Notes: a model not told the origin generated them from the letters alone. 64,000 bases of DNA from Octopus vulgaris (GCA_951406725.2 OX597839.1:15314001-15378000), one strand, 5' to 3'; shown: positions 39,053 through 54,899, counted from the stretch's first letter. A program made the numbers and translations.

Positions 39053-41860
39053 GTGTGTGTGTGTGTGTGATGGGGTATGTCTTCTGTATTTAATCATTTA
39101 ACTTCTTCCTCTGAAGAAGGAGCTCGTTTCCAACAAAGATACAACGCTCCATTTTTGGAATGTAGATAACAAAAACAATGTCACATTTTAAATGTGAGGG
39201 AAGTCTTGCACAGTTTTACTGTTCCGTTTACTGGCAGTATTTGTAATGTCCTTTGCGATGCAGTTGGCTGATTTATTTTTCTGAAAATCCAGGCTTATCT
39301 AGACTGAGACTTAGGCATTTACTTACAAAACCAAGTGTTCCAATTATTATTGGTGTAAATGTAAATTTGTAAACAAGATAAAGAAGCAAGAGGTTTCGAA
39401 GCAGTTGTCCATAGTTATCTTTATTCTTTGATTTTTAAAAACATAATCACATTAGCAGGTCAGTTGACGTCTCTGACGGTATATACTTTTTCTTGTATGT
39501 CCCAAACAACAATATCGGGCTTGTTATACTTACACTTGATTTTTTTTTTGTTCCAGACTCCTTAGCTCTTTGATTAAGAAGATCCTAAAAAACCTCTGCA
39601 GTAGTTAAGGTTTCAACTCATGAGTTTTGATGTGGAATATGTGTAAACCTTAATTACATAGACATCAATTTTTCATTCGGACTTCCCACTTCATATCCAT
39701 TTCCCTTCATATCGGCATGTCTTCTAACAACAATCTCTGTTAGTGCAGGCTCCTCGCTACGTTGTTTGACACGACAACCACCCACTCTCGTACCTCCACA
39801 ATCTCTAGCAAGGCAGTCACTTTTCTATTTATTCTTTGTGTCAACACCACCTATCAACCCTCCTATTTCAGCTGCCCACGTTATCTGTAAATTGCAGTAC
39901 TCTCTTTTTCCCATAGACCGCCACCACACCTGGTTTAGATTCACTGTAAAAAAAAAAAACAGAAAAGAGAAAGAAAAAAATCGTATAAACATAGGATTAC
40001 ATGTATGTACATATATTTTCGTGTTTGCCCGTATATATATGTGCGTACGCGCGCTCACGCATACGCACACATAATATATACGCACGCAGTGTGTTTATAC
40101 GTATGTGTATATGTGTATTAAGCACTGACACACACAATGGTTAATCTAATTTCCCGTTGTACAAGCGTTATGAGTTATTTTCTTCCTTTCTTTTCTTTTT
40201 CCCTTTCTGTAATTTATTATTTATTTTAGTCAGTGAGTGATGCTGGGACACTGACTGTCTGCTAACTCAAATGAGGCCAGTTAACTCCCTACAATGCTTA
40301 TACTAGTTTTCGCATTTGTTTTTCTTTCTTTTCGCGCTTTGCTTTTTTAAATTTCAACTTTTTACACATATGTGTATATATGCATATGTACACATGTATA
40401 AATGTATATATGTCTGCATGTGTGTTTCTATGTACATACGTACACACACAGACATGCGTGCATGTGTGGATGGATGGATTGTGCTACTTTTCTTGATTAT
40501 TACCATCCCCTGTCATTTCTTTCCCACTTAGTTTTCTCTGCTCCCAAGGATAACCATATTGTTATCATTTTCGTAAACTTTGACAAGATTTCTTCCGGAG
40601 AGTTATTTATCAGCTCTCTCTCTCTCGCCCTCTCCCTCTCTCTGTCTCCCCTCTCTCCCTCCCCCTCTCTCTCTAAAATATGCGTGTGCTTGTATGTGTG
40701 TGTTTTGTACGCGGACTATTTTCTTTGTATTTGATTCATGTAGCGATAGCTTTAACTTTTCATCGTGGGTAGAAGAATGAGTGGGTATTTGTTCTCTGGT
40801 GAATAGTCAAGGAACCGTGAAACAGGTGAGGACAGTATCTTTTATTCTCCAACAAAGAGAATAACGAAATGTATTTACATCTGTTGGAAGGTCCACAGTA
40901 AAACAGCTTTAAAACTGTAGTTCTTTGTTTTTTCACTAATCGAATATTGACGTGGCGCTTATATATTATTCCACTGCTTCTCTAATTTAATCGTTCGGAT
41001 ATCGGCAACGTGAAAGTTACAGTTCCCAAACCTTCAACTTCGAATAAAGTATAAACAGTATATTCTATGCGTTTAATATTTTGTTCCACTTATAAGCACA
41101 AGCGTTCATCAATATATACATCTCTCTCTCTCTCTCTCTCCATACACACACACACACACACACACACACGCTTTGCAAGCGCATGAGAAATAAGTTACAA
41201 GAAGTATCAATAAAAAAGGGGAAAAAATTAAGACATTTTTAAGCTTATTTCAAGATAAGGTGAGGTGTGTTTGATTAAAAAAATTAAATGTGTGTTTCAT
41301 TTGATTACTTAAATATCTATATATTCTGCTTCAACCATAAATTATTATACCTGCTTGAATACCAGATACGTTTTTCAAACGTAAGGAAACTTTAGAACTC
41401 CTCCAAGCTTTGAATTTTGTCTTCTTTCCATAAGAGTATAGTGTTTGTAATTGCTAGAACTGAGAACGACAGTTTTCTATACAATTAAAGAAGAAAATAA
41501 GTAAATTTGCTTTTGAGAAAATACGTGTCAAATTAATTTTTTTCGCATTTTGCAACTTTCAGAATGTTATTTTAGCCTTTCAGTGTTGCTTCAGCAATCA
41601 GGGGTTTAAGAATGTTCATCCCTCAGTCATTGTCAGAGAGTTTTGTATGAAACTGGACGTTTGCGATCCACATTTGGGGCTATATTTCCATAACCCCAGC
41701 ATTTCTGTTTATTTATTCGATATCCTCGCCTAAGTCTATCTACCCATCCATCCATCCAACCTTATTAGATATTGTTGCTGAAAACATCTGTGAATACTTC
41801 AGTTACTCTGGGCAAACGTAGTTTAGGCATGCATTCAGCATTTGTTAAAAGCTGTCCTGA

Positions 41861-41918
41861 TGCATTGCTTTGCAACTGCATTGCTTTGCAACTGCATTGC
41901 TTTGCAACTGCATTGCTT
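41861..41918. repeat. Perfect 16-bp tandem repeat (TGCATTGCTTTGCAAC) x3.6
   Basis: Direct observation. Confidence 0.9.
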
Positions 41919-42089
41919 AGAATAGCAAAGTAAGCACTATTTTTTTCGTGTGTGCTTGAGGTGCAGTCTGACGTAGTATTGAGACTGATGCATCATCATC
42001 TAGATATTGTTCTTACTACTGCTGCTGTAATTCTTTAGGTTTGTAGTGCTTAGAATTACACACAACCACGTGGGGTGTCGATTGACTGT

Positions 42090-42280
42090 ATCGTTAGAGC
42101 GAGAGACAAAATGCTTTGCGGTATTTGTTCCGATTCTTTATATTTTGAATTCAAATTCCATCAGAGTCAACTTTGCCTGCTATCTTTCTAGAGTCGATGA
42201 AGTCAAATATCGGGATCGTTAAGATCCACTAATCTCGTTCCCTCAAAAATTGCTGGCCTTGTGCCTAAATTGGAAACCTT
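42090..42280 (+). repeat. Diverged Nin/Deu-type SINE
   Basis: Aligns by eye to 63675-63886. Confidence 0.65.
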
Positions 42281-44319
42281 TCGTTAGTAGTATTTTTTAG
42301 AAAGGCTGTGTAATAAATCAGTGATGCAGCATTATCTTGACATTAGGTAGATGTATACACATTAGCAACCATAGTTAGTGTATAGCCTTACGATTTCAGA
42401 TGCATACTCTCAAGATTGCACTACTGAGTTTCTTGCAATCAAATGTGGTATTTGTCCTTCACGTAATTCTGACAACTATTAGGTTGACTTGCCAGTTCTA
42501 ATCAGCAGCAACAGTTGAAGCTAGGTTAATTGTATCTGCAGTTATAGCTATGGCATTACACTCTGTGTATGCGATGCTAAAGCTATTAGGCAAATCTAGC
42601 ATATTTTCCTCTTCTGTGTGTGTGTGTCTCAAAGAGTTTGAGTTACGTAAATGGTAAATTAATACAGTAACTATGCAGCTGTGAATACGTAAACAAGCAA
42701 TCGTCTGTTGTTTTGCATATATCTGTGAATCTTGTTGTTCTTCCATACCAATGATTATTGTTGTCCTTCAGGCCGTTGCTGTTGGAGCTATCATTACTAT
42801 TTAAGTTGCTGCTGATCTTAATAAAGCAGACAGTTAAACATAAAATACATTTCTTCAGCTAAACTGACTGGCGTTCATTGAAAGCTTCTCTCAGTGGTAT
42901 CAACAATATTATCTACTCTATCTGCCAAACGGAGAGTAAATGTGAATGTTCTGTATGTCATACAAGCGCTACATGGCTAGACATTAACACACAAACGGTT
43001 CTCTATCCTACTTTAAATCAGAGATGAAATTGTGATTTTATTATGTAGCTTGGAGTTGGTTCGCACAGTGTGGTCTCTTTGGAAGGTGCCTTTTACTATA
43101 AGACTTGAGGCAATCAAAACCCTATGAGTGAAATTTGGTTGACGGAAATTTTGTGGAAGCTCATCAGCAAAACATTCATGTTATTGGGTACGTTTAGCTC
43201 CGTTGCAAACATACGAGAGAAATATCGTATGAGAGTAACTTCTTACTATCATACCACCAGTGGAACCCTTATGATGCCATCTTTTTGTTTATCCATTACC
43301 TATTTTTTTTTTCTTTTGCTTTGTAAGATGGTATATGTGGTTTGAGAGAATTTGACTGTTCTTTTTTTTACTTTTCCTTGCAAGTAGCACCATTATATAG
43401 TGTTTTGCTTAGTCCCATATTATATAGTGTTTTGCTTAGTCCCATATCAACCCCGTTCGAGAAGACCTATTATCACAAATATTCTACCCTCGACCATTCT
43501 GTTTTTTTTCTAACTTTATACCATTTCACTACTTATCTAGTATATACTTTTAAAGACAGTAGAGTGTTATTTAATATTTGACTGTTAGTTTAGGAAGTCG
43601 AGTAACCATGCAGTAGCGTTATCATTGACTCAACAGTCCTTGTGGAGTAGATAACATAAGTACCAGTCAAGTACTGGAGTCGGTCTAATCGACAAATTTG
43701 TGACTGTGTTTATGTTAGAAGCCAGCATTTGCATTTTTCACATGAAAGTTTATAAATCCATGACTGCTACAGCAGTTCACTAAACTAGTTTAGGTTGTTC
43801 CTTTGCTAGGAACTTACACTTTCCTCCAGTGCAGTGTACTAATTTGAAAATTAGACACAGATATGGCTGTGAAGCCTAAAATTTCGCTTCGCAACGACAT
43901 AGTTAGGAATGCGATTCCATTGCGCTTTTCCTTGGGTAAGTATTCTCTAGAGTTGCGTCTACTTGAAAATACTTTGTGCGTAGATTATAGTGAACAGAAA
44001 CTGCAGAAGCCCACCGTATAGAGGGAGGGAGGGAGAGAGGAGATGAAATTTCACAAATCGTTATTCCGATTTCTCACTGCTAATCTGCGCATGAATATCA
44101 AAAATAAAGAGAAAGTATATAATGAGCATATAGTAACACGTTTTGGATAGCATAGCTAACGTTAACTTATTCATCTGACGGCATTCTATCAAATCAAATA
44201 GCGCGAATTTGCAATATTATAGCCATTCTATTACAAAAGTACAGCCATTCTCTCAAAGGAGTGACAGAGAGAGAGAGGAGAAATGGAAAGACAAGAAAAG
44301 ACGTCAATAAGAAACTATG

Positions 44320-44366
<47 letters not shown>

Positions 44367-45261
44367 GACGGGCTTCTTTCAGTTTCTGTCTGCCGAATCT
44401 ACTCACAAAGCTTTGGTCAGTTCGCGGCTATATCAGAAGATACTTGCCCAAGGTGCCACGCAGTAGGACTGAACCGGGAACCATGTGGTTGGGAAGCAAG
44501 CTTCTTACCACACAGCTACGTCTGCGACTGTGCATATTTTTCAACAATACTTACGTCATTGTTGACGGTTCGAGTATTCTAGTAGTTTTATATGTTCCTC
44601 TTTTATCCATATAGAGAATTTGCCTTGTCTGGTGGTACATGAATTTGCACGGGGTTTCTAAGTGATATTAAATCCTTGTTTAAAAAGGTTTAAATATTCT
44701 TTTCTACTCTAGTACAAGGCCCGAAATTTTTGGGAAGGGGGCCAATCGATTAGATCGACCCTAGTACGTAACTGTTTCTCTCTGTTGGTCTGTGTGACAC
44801 CACCTTACCATTTCAACAACTTTAACGGAACCATTCGGGCTTAGTCTCTGGTCGGATGATAAATCCCACCTTTGTTTTCACCATTTTACAAGTCTGAAAA
44901 GAGTTATTATTCACTGACCCTTCCTCATCTGCCGAAGCCATTAAGAATATATCAAAGCAAGGAACAGGATGTATCCTTATCTGCTGAAATAAGCAAACGT
45001 AGTAGACGAAAATTATTACTCAAAATTTTTTAAGAAATAGAAGAATCCTATGAAATGACCATGCTCTAAATACCACAAATTAGTATATTGCTAAAGAACA
45101 ACACAGAATGAAGGGATTTAGTTTTCTCATTTAACCCTCTTTGTAAACGTGGGAGACATTGACATTACATCTGTCAAAGCTGTTATACTCGAATAATTAC
45201 ACATATACATAATTTCTCTCTTCCTTTTCTCTCTTTGCACACATACACACACACGCACACA

Positions 45262-45350
<89 letters not shown>

Positions 45351-45726
45351 GTGTATATATATATATACACATGCGCGCAAGCACATGTACATACACTCAC
45401 ACTGTGAAATGTTTCAGTTATGTCACGAGAAAAAACATTACTCTAGTAGCGAGTTCCGAGAAGGAAATATCTTAAAATATCAAAATGAATCGAGTGTTTG
45501 AATCATAAGAATCAAATATAATGTGATATAATAAAATACGCGTGTTGTACTTGAGTCTATGTTCGTTATGTGTTGAAAGGTTTGCTGTACCGGAGACCAG
45601 AATATGACATCAGCGTTTAACGAAGATGTTCTTAAGCGAGTAACTGTAATGAACTAAATAAATTGATAGTAAAATGCGCGCGCATGCTCCCCACCACACG
45701 CACGCACGCACGCCCACGCACGCCCG

Positions 45727-45776
<50 letters not shown>

Positions 45777-46049
45777 TTCACATACTCTCAAATACGCACA
45801 CATACATTAGTGTGTGAATTTTTTTTTGTACGTATGCTCCCTGTGTATTAAAAAATTAAAATACCACCCACAAAACCATATACAAAGTGGAAAATTATCT
45901 GCACTTTCGCCAAAACCTTCCTTTGGTTGGTAACACTACCTTGGTTGGTAAAACTGCTAAAATGTATGCTTGAGGTTATGTAACCGAGGTTTAACCTTAC
46001 TAGCTCCTGTTTTCTTTCTTGTGTTGCTCCGTTGGCAGTGTCTAACAAT

Positions 46050-47141
46050 GAAAAAAACGCTCCGGTCTCTCTGGTCTGAAGGTATGTCAGGGGCTGGAAT
46101 TCATTTCACGCTTTCAGTATAATACGAGGATAGGGTTCTTGCACGTCGAGGTGTGTATGAGTGGATCGAGAAATTTTTAAATGTCGGGACAAGCATGGAG
46201 CACTCAACAACCTCCACCCCTTGCGTTAAGAATCAACAAGCTTGCGAGATGGTTCTGGTGAACGACGAGTGTGCGACAATAAGGTGACATGTTCTCTGCA
46301 AATTAGTCATGGTTCTGCATACGAAATCTTCCATGACAAGCTTCGCTTACGTAAAATCTGTGCTTGATGGGTACCAAGAGAGCTGACCGAAGCGCATAAG
46401 CGTAATTGTGTGGAGAGCTGTCAGCGATTACTCGATCACTACAACGATGAAGGCGAACCTTTTTTGAAGAGACTAGTTACAGGAAATGAGACCAGAGCTC
46501 ATCACTTTGAGCCTGAATCCAAAAGGCAGAGTATGGAGGGGAACATCCGGAATCGCCAGCGAAACAGAAATTCAAGACTCAACCTTCCACAGAAAAACTG
46601 ATGCTAACTGTATTTTTTTTTTTTGAGACGCAAAAGGGCCTGTATTGGAACATTACCTGGCAAAGGGGTCTTTGAGTAGGCTGCAGTGAAATACTATCCA
46701 ACAAACTGAAACCAGCAATTTGCACCAAAACGCCGAGGTCTATTGCCAAAGCAAGTGTTATTGTTGCATGACAATGCATACCCATCTACGGCTGCCACCA
46801 CCATTAGAACCATTGAAAACTTGATTTTCAGTTGCTGGGACACACTGCATGCAGTTTAGATCTCACCCTTTCCGACTATCACTTCTTTAGACTACTAAAG
46901 CATCCTTTATGAGGTTGCCGATTTGCTACGGACGAAGACGTGCAGGAAGTTGTAGATAAATGGCTGCGCAACTAACCGAAAACTTTCTTCTCCGATGGAA
47001 TAAGCAATCCTGTGGGCCACTGGAAGAAGTACATCGGAAAGCAAAGATACTATGTCGAAAAATGATGTAATTGTTCAACCCTTACTTTTGTTTTAATAAA
47101 TTGCAGAAACAAGAGAGTGTATAATTTTTACTTACACTCAT
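46050..47141 (+). mobile_element. Decayed mariner (DD34D) transposon
   Basis: LWSEG...VYEWIEKF, WVPRELT, FLKRLVTGNET..HHFEPESKRQSM, LLHDNA, SLDLTLSDYHF (YSPDLAPSD-like), YVEK* ending at 47065. Confidence 0.88.
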
Positions 47142-47949
47142 ATCAAATTATTTGCCACCCCACAGCCAACTCTTGTTCAAATCACACCTTTCTGCCTGTC
47201 AAGATGGGAAATGTAGAAAGATAAAAAGTTGAAATAAATGTCTTTACTCATTACTCTCCTTCTCTCTCTATCTTTCTTTTTCTCTCCTTCTCTCTCTATC
47301 CTCTCCTCCCTCTACCTTTTCTTTCTCACATCTCTCTCTCTGTCTCTCTCTGTCTCTCTCTGTCTCTCTCTCTCTCTCTGTCTCTCTCTCTCTCTCTCAC
47401 TCTGGAATACTTGAATATCCGGAGATAGGGAATGAAAGACACATTAAGAGATACATTGACACAGAGAGAAGGGACACAGGGATGGAGATGAATGCAACGA
47501 TTAGTTTGTGGGATGTCAAAATCTGCTTTTCTTCTTCCTTCAGATTCCCTCTTTAATCTTTTTTTCTTTTTCTTCCTGTCTCGGATATAATGGGATGAGA
47601 AATAGAATTAAGTCACATCAATAGAGATGTGGGAAAGAGAGCAGTGGTAGTGACGGTATGTGTCAAACTTTATACTTTTCTTACTTGTTAAGTTACTTTT
47701 GAAATCTTCTCCCTCTCTCATTCCCTTTCTCTGGAAAAATGGGATAGATAGATCGATAGATTATGTGTATCACACGTCAAGAGAAGGACATAGATAGAGA
47801 AGGACAGAGAAAAGTGATAGAGTGAAAACGGGGGATTGAAAACTGGACCAAAATAGACAAGTTGTTGTTTATTACAGCATTCTTTTGTATTTGGTGAACG
47901 CTGATTTTCCCATTTAACTAAATCATACAGAGAAAAGGTTTCAGTGCAT

Positions 47950-48670
47950 TCAATCAGCCAATTTCTTATTTCCAGCCCATTTTTAATTTTATCAATCCAC
48001 AAACGTCTTTGATGGCCTCTTGCTCTCTTCTCCTCAGCACTTCCTGTCAGGATGGACTTAATGCATTCTACGTCCACAGTATGATAGCTTTTGGGACTTG
48101 ATTTTCGAAGCATTTCTAGAACATTTGTTATCTAGTGCATTTGTTAGCAGCATTTGTTCTCCTGTCTTTCAAACTTATCCTACCCAGTCTGCAAAAGATT
48201 CACATTATGCACCCACCTATCTTTTCAGCACATCCACAAAAGTAACGCAACTAAATTGGCTAGCGATGTATGGAATTTGTAGACCTACTTCACACCACAT
48301 ACAGTTAAGTGGAGAATTGTGGAGAAATTCAAGCCATATGTTAGTGGATCTAAGAAATGCAGTTTATACGGAGCAGAAAGATCTCATTTTCTTGTTAGAT
48401 CCAACAATTACAATATCCTGCTTAATTCCATATCTGCAGTTTTTAGCAGTTGTAAACACATAAACACGTTTCTTTTATCGAATTGAAGGGTACCATCCTC
48501 CCCAAATTGAGTTGCTGTCTCACAGTTTTTGACATATGTTCTGCTATTTTGCTCTATACCAAGTGAATTGATTGAGGTTTCTGCAATCAGGGAGGGCTGT
48601 GATCTTAGGTTTCTTGATTTCGTTTCTTTCTTCTCGTTCCATTTTTTAAATCGACCTTCACGTGTTTTCA
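47950..48670 (-). pseudogene. Decayed, internally deleted RTE-clade LINE
   Basis: C-terminal ILTGSAEEKRARGHQRRLWIDKIK; upstream segments look endonuclease-like. Confidence 0.6.
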
Positions 48671-49049
48671 TGTTCTTTTATTTTCTCAGTGTCCTTAGTT
48701 TTTAATATATATATATATATATACAACGCATTAACAGTTTCAAAAATTGCTTGGAGATTTATGGCGTTTTTTATAAATATACATGTTCAAGTATCATAAA
48801 AGCATGAAACTTATAGTAGCTCTTTCGGTTGTGTATTAAAATAATATTTATCTCTCACATACATACATACATACATACATACATACATACATACATACAT
48901 ACATACATACATACATACATACACACATACACGCACACACACACACATACATATATACATATACGCACACACACGCTCACGCTGTTGGCTTTGCTGTACG
49001 TTCACTACTCAAAACCTTTTCTAATGTATGGCATTTGGTAAATGAGGGA

Positions 49050-51060
49050 GTTTGATGCTACTGCCATCATCTGCGTTTATTGTTGTGGGGTAGGCTCATC
49101 CGGAATTCTTGGCAGAAGGTGATCCAGTTTTGTTTTGAAGGCACCTACATTCACACCATGCAGGTCTCTCAGGCTTTTCGAAAGAGCAGTGGGCCCTGGA
49201 AAACCAAGCTATTGCAGTATCGGGTGTATTTGATGGTGATGTTTGAGTCTTTGGCACTATGCAGCGTCACTTCATTCTGCTATTTCTGTAGCTTCCTGTT
49301 CCAAAATTTACTACGTGTACTTCCAGGATTTTCCAAATGTATATCACTGCATATCTTTCCCGCCTTCGTTGTATGGAGTAGAGCCTTAATTTTTCCAAAA
49401 TTTCCCAGTTGCTGACTCGTTGCATTGATATGATCTCCTTTGTGTAGTTCCGCTGGGTTGCTTTCATTTCCGCTGTTAATTGTATACTGTGTGATGTCCA
49501 TAGATGGGAGCAGTAGTCTAAGTGGCTGATAACATATGGCCACCAGAGGACAATCATGTTTTTTTTTTCTTTTCTCTCGTTCCGAAAGTTCAGAGGATCC
49601 ATCCGGCCAGCCGTTAGCATTTTATTGCCAACTTAGTAATATGGCCAAGTAGCGTACTGATTTTGATTCAGGGATTGCATTCCCTCCTGGGCCAGTGTCC
49701 TTTATCTGCATTCGTTCAGCTTCGTGTGCTGGTAGCGTAGGGCTTGGAATTTTCCAGCATTAAACTGCATGTTATTGTCCTAAGTCCAATTGTATATTGC
49801 GTCTATCTCCCGTTGCAGGTTCGCAGTATTTTCCGGGTTCTGTATCCTCTGCGTAACTAGCAAGAGTGGCTATCAGAGCAGCTGGGGGAATGTCTGAGAG
49901 GACCGCTATGAATAGCAGTGGCCTTAAGATAGCGCCCTGTTGAATACCACTCACTATTTGTGTTTCCTTAGAGGCGGCTACATTGGTTGTCACTGCCCGA
50001 CTTCTATCTTTTGGAAACTCGTGTAACCACTCTCCAACTTTTCCGACTATACGAGATCACGCAGTTTGTGATATATACTATGGTCGACTTTCGCAAGGCC
50101 TTTGGTAAAGTCGAGATATATCACATCCACATTTCAGTTGTTGAACAGCTGCTTTAACACCAGTTGTAGTGCTGTAAGAGCTGTATCATATAGCTTCTAT
50201 GTGTAGTCAGATAGATTGATCTATAATGTTTAGCATCTGCTCTGCATTCTCGTTTGTGGATAGGCATATTACTCCCTCTTTCAATTTGCCTGGGAACTTA
50301 CCGCTTGCAAGGCAGCTCTGAAAAAGAAGCTTTAGTGCTATTGCAAGGGCTCAATTGCATGGTTTAAGAATAATTACTGGGAATCTATCGGGGCCAGCAA
50401 CTGAGTTTGCCTCCACCTCCTCTGTAACCAGTACTACATCATTTTCTTAAATATCAGTATAATTAATTATTATCACCTCCTTGGTTACAGATGTAGTGAC
50501 AAAGAACTCGGTTGGCTTGTTCACTTGCCTGTGTCTCACAGGAGTAGTGAAAACACTTTTGAACTGCTCGTTCAGTATCTCAGTTATCCTCATTGGGTTT
50601 CCTGTGAGGGAGCCGTCCTTTTGGAAGAGGGGCATTATCTAACTGTATATTAAGGCCATTTCTTTCGCAAAGTTAAAGAAGGCTTTAAGGTTTGACTTAC
50701 TGTTTTTGATAACTCAGTCCTCCTTTGCTGCTCTTTCTTTGTCAATGGATTGATGCAGACTTTTCTCAATCTCTAACAGTGTTGTTTTCAGACAGGACTT
50801 TCCACTGCTTTTGAGATGTTTGTTCAGGCGGTTTACAATCTTTGTCTGTCGTGTCATAAGAATTTTTCTCCCACTAGGGATCTCATCCGTTTCTCTATAA
50901 GTATTTTTGTTGTCAAATACTCTGGATTGCTCGAAATTTTTCTAAATGATATTTGGATCTATTTCTCACACATAAGGAATTACCTTGGATATATATTCTT
51001 CTTACATTTACTGGTATCTGATTGCTGGATGTATGTTACCAAATTCATTTAAAACTGAGT
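49050..51060 (-). mobile_element. Decayed CR1/L2-group LINE, related to 11182-11630
   Basis: [66 protein letters not shown]. Confidence 0.9.
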
Positions 51061-51130
51061 GCTTTATTGATATCTGCCTGCACTTTTTAATCCCGTTTTT
51101 TCTTATACACACATACACATGTTTATATAT

Positions 51131-51183
<53 letters not shown>

Positions 51184-53926
51184 TATACATGTGCAGGGAA
51201 AAGTTTTGTGCTCTTTGATAGAAATTCTTAGCGTTATGTGTTCTGCACTAATTCACAAAAGCTCCCGTGTCATTGGTCGCCCTGGAAATGCAGTGAACCA
51301 CAGATTGAGCCGTTGGGAACAAGTAACCAGTGACGTTGTCGTTCACCAATTGTGATATAATGTCAACTGTCTCCACACACTAATTCTCTCTCTTTCTCTC
51401 TCTCTCTCTCCTTCAATATATTTCTATATTTATTTCTTCCACTCTCCGTCTCTGTTCATTTGTCTTTTATGCAATTGTGATATCATATAATTGATGCAGC
51501 TCTGCTGTTAAAACAACTTCCTTAATGTAAAACTGATGTGTTTCTTAACACTGCTGAGCTCATCACTTGTTGTGATTGTGAAGAAAGCAATGAAAAAGCG
51601 AACTCCAATGCCCTCTATACACATCTAGTAATCTCAGTTTGTAATGCCGTTAGATTCACACCAGTTCTGACAACAGATTGTAATTAGTGGCTGGTGTGTT
51701 CTACACTCCACCCCTCAAACACATCCCAAACAAGCTTCCACCACAAGATGCAAATGTTACGAGGCATCGCAGGGCTATAATATAGTCGACTTATATTTCT
51801 GAGAAACTCAGTATTTAAGAGTAAGAATCTCAATCCAAGTTTTAATGTTTCTCGTTTTTCCTTTAGTTTATTTTTTCTTTTCTATCAGTTTAAAATTTCA
51901 AACTTTATAAAACTAAGTTGCTTCTATAAACCGAAATTAAGATGAAAACAAATCTCAAAATTGAAATTGTAATTTAAACTCTAATCAGAATTTGGTTTCA
52001 TAAACATTTCGAAATTTTGACACAAAATTCTCTCTACTGCCATTTTTTAAACTAAATAATCCACCTCAGTTAACTTTCTTGTCTTGTTTATTGTGAATAT
52101 ACAACCTCTGAATCTAAAAATACATCATATGCCTGAATAATTGCTCATTGGTTTTCCCACAAACTATATATTGCATGAGCAAGTTGTTGTTACTGTCATG
52201 TTATTTTAAGATTTCTTTTCCTATAGAAAGAAAAACATTTTTTAATAAGAGGACTTATATATCTTGTTTCTCTGTAACCCAGACACCAGTTCTTTTCTTT
52301 GTAATGATAATGAGCTAAGCAATTTTGGTACACTGAGTGTGTGTTTGTGTATGTATGTATATCATTTTGTAAGTGGCTTTCAGTGTTGTATTACACTCAG
52401 AAAATTTAACAAGGCAAAGTGTTTATTAGTTGTAATTAATTGTAGAATAAGAAGAATTAAGCTTTATCCATTAATGGAGTAAATGAGCTTGAATCGAAAC
52501 GCTACCTGTATTGTATCAAGTTTCCTATCTAGGAAGAACATTTAGTTTGAAAAACGAAGCAGAAGATTAAAAGGAAAATACAGAAATATTTTGCGAAAAA
52601 GTAAAATAACCAAAAGTTTTATATAAAGCCGCAAACATGGTTGTAGATAAGACATTTTCTTCGCGACCATGTGGTTCTTGGTTCGATTTCATTGCGCTGC
52701 ACCTTTATCTGTAACCCTGAGTTGATCAACTCTGTGTGGATGAGATTTCGTCGACTAAAATTTAGTGTTTGGATATTTGTATATTGTTTGTGTATGCGCA
52801 TTTATGTGTATCCGTATCGTTTTCGAGCCGCATATTCATATGATAAAAATGTTGAATTAGAAGTTCGATGAATAGAGTTGATAAAATAAATCGCAGATAT
52901 GATCGACTAGAATCAATGATATTTTAATATAGTCGTAATTCATTGACTGAAACCTGTAAAACAATACAAGAATAGTTCCTATTGCAAAATACTACACATA
53001 CAGGATCAATCATTTTCGTAAATGAACGTGCAAAGTTTTCCTTAAAACTTCAACATTGCAAGACGAGGCAGTGGGAGTTTTAAGTAAATTACTTGACGTA
53101 TAGGCATAATAATTTCACTGCCACTCCATACGCTGCTATATTGTTTCACAAATCTCCACGTTGTAAGTGGGTTTCACAAGGCACACCAAATTGTTGGGGT
53201 ATCATTTAAAAAAATCTCATCTTCCTAAAGTGATTTTTTTTAACGATTTGCTTTCAATAAAAAAATAGACCCCCATGACTTTCATAGGCTCTCCGCAACT
53301 GGCGAGATTGATGTATTTTATATCTTCAAGACCATGACAGGGAACGTTTTCCTGTAGGCAACTCCTCGAGAAAAATGATTGGCTTAGTGATTAGTGCGGG
53401 GTATGGAAGAAGTAAACACAATATGGTTGATAAGGGAAACGAGAAGCAAAGCTACTTAAATCGAGTGGTCCATGCTAGGAGTAAAATGAGACCAACCAGC
53501 TCAGAAGAAGGGAGGCCAATATAACAGTAGCAGGAATAAAATAGAGTCGAGAGACGAATAGTTCGTCTGTACACCGAAGACTAGAGTGTGATTGTGAATC
53601 AGTCATCTTGCTTATTGACACTTCATAAAACGACACACAAGCATACATGCGCACACATGCATATACACAGAAAAAAAATTAACAATTTAACCCCATTCTG
53701 CACGTCATCGAAACACTTATGTTATCGGCTGCGGTAGTTGAATATCTCTCACGATGTGTATATGCGGTTCAGTGAGCTGAGTCATTTCTGACTTAATTGT
53801 CTTAGCCGTTAACATGACAAGCATGGCACTGGTAACGGGATCTGAATATCTGACCCTTCATTTAGCAACTTTACTATCCTATCGACTCCGCAAACTACTA
53901 CTCACTTTTTCTTTCCTTCAGTATGC

Positions 53927-54002
<76 letters not shown>

Positions 54003-54899
54003 CTCTCTCTATCTCTCTCTCTCTCCAAGATGATCCTTAATCGCACCGATCTCAATGGCCTTCCAGACTATAGGCCCAACTATTTTCTTCAGATCAATTC
54101 CATATATTAAAGCTTGTAAATAAGCTATACCTTGACATATTAGTGACAACTATAAATATGCATATGTATACACTTAAATTCGATTTCACACTAATTCAAG
54201 CGAAAGCAAATATAATTAAATAAAAATGGCATTCCAACACGCATAAAGAAAAATCAGTATGAAGTAGGTATAGGCACAGATATTTAATAGACCGAAACCC
54301 AGACGAAAAATACTATCCAGAAGGACATACACACACGATATATTAAGTGTGGGTCCGTATAACATTACGCTAGCACTGAGGCCAATTTCTCATTGGGACG
54401 TAGTTTGATTTTAGTCAAAAGTTGACCAATTGCTTTTGAATGTCAAGAGTAAAAAATCAAACATCTAAGCCTGGCCGTAGCAACTACAGTGAAAACTCAA
54501 GACCACTTACCATGGGTAAGCTAGAAACCGTAATTTCAAGTAATAACCCAGTTAAGCAATCGAACTGGAAAATATTCTAATTCGATAATTCGAACGAGCA
54601 AACTTTCCGACACATGTTATGAACGTTTTCCCGTCAGGATATCCATACATGCGTGCTACTTGTATACGTATATTATTAATCTGCCTGTCAACGACGTATG
54701 TCTGGTAGTTACACTTGCGAAGCGAAATAGCTTCATGTTGACATCGATCATTATTCTTGGCTCTTGCAACTAGGCGGGCAGCAAAGAGGAAGGAAAAGAT
54801 AAGTTTTAGTAGAAGGTAGCAACGGTCAGAGAGGTGGGGAACAAACAAAATTCGTAAAACATTGGAATTTCAACTGGAATATTAAATTGTCACAGGGCG

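Noticed and set aside
39100-39420. CTGAAGA and a distant GAAGCAGTTGTC as a split hammerhead
   Set aside because: About 280 nt apart with no closing stems found
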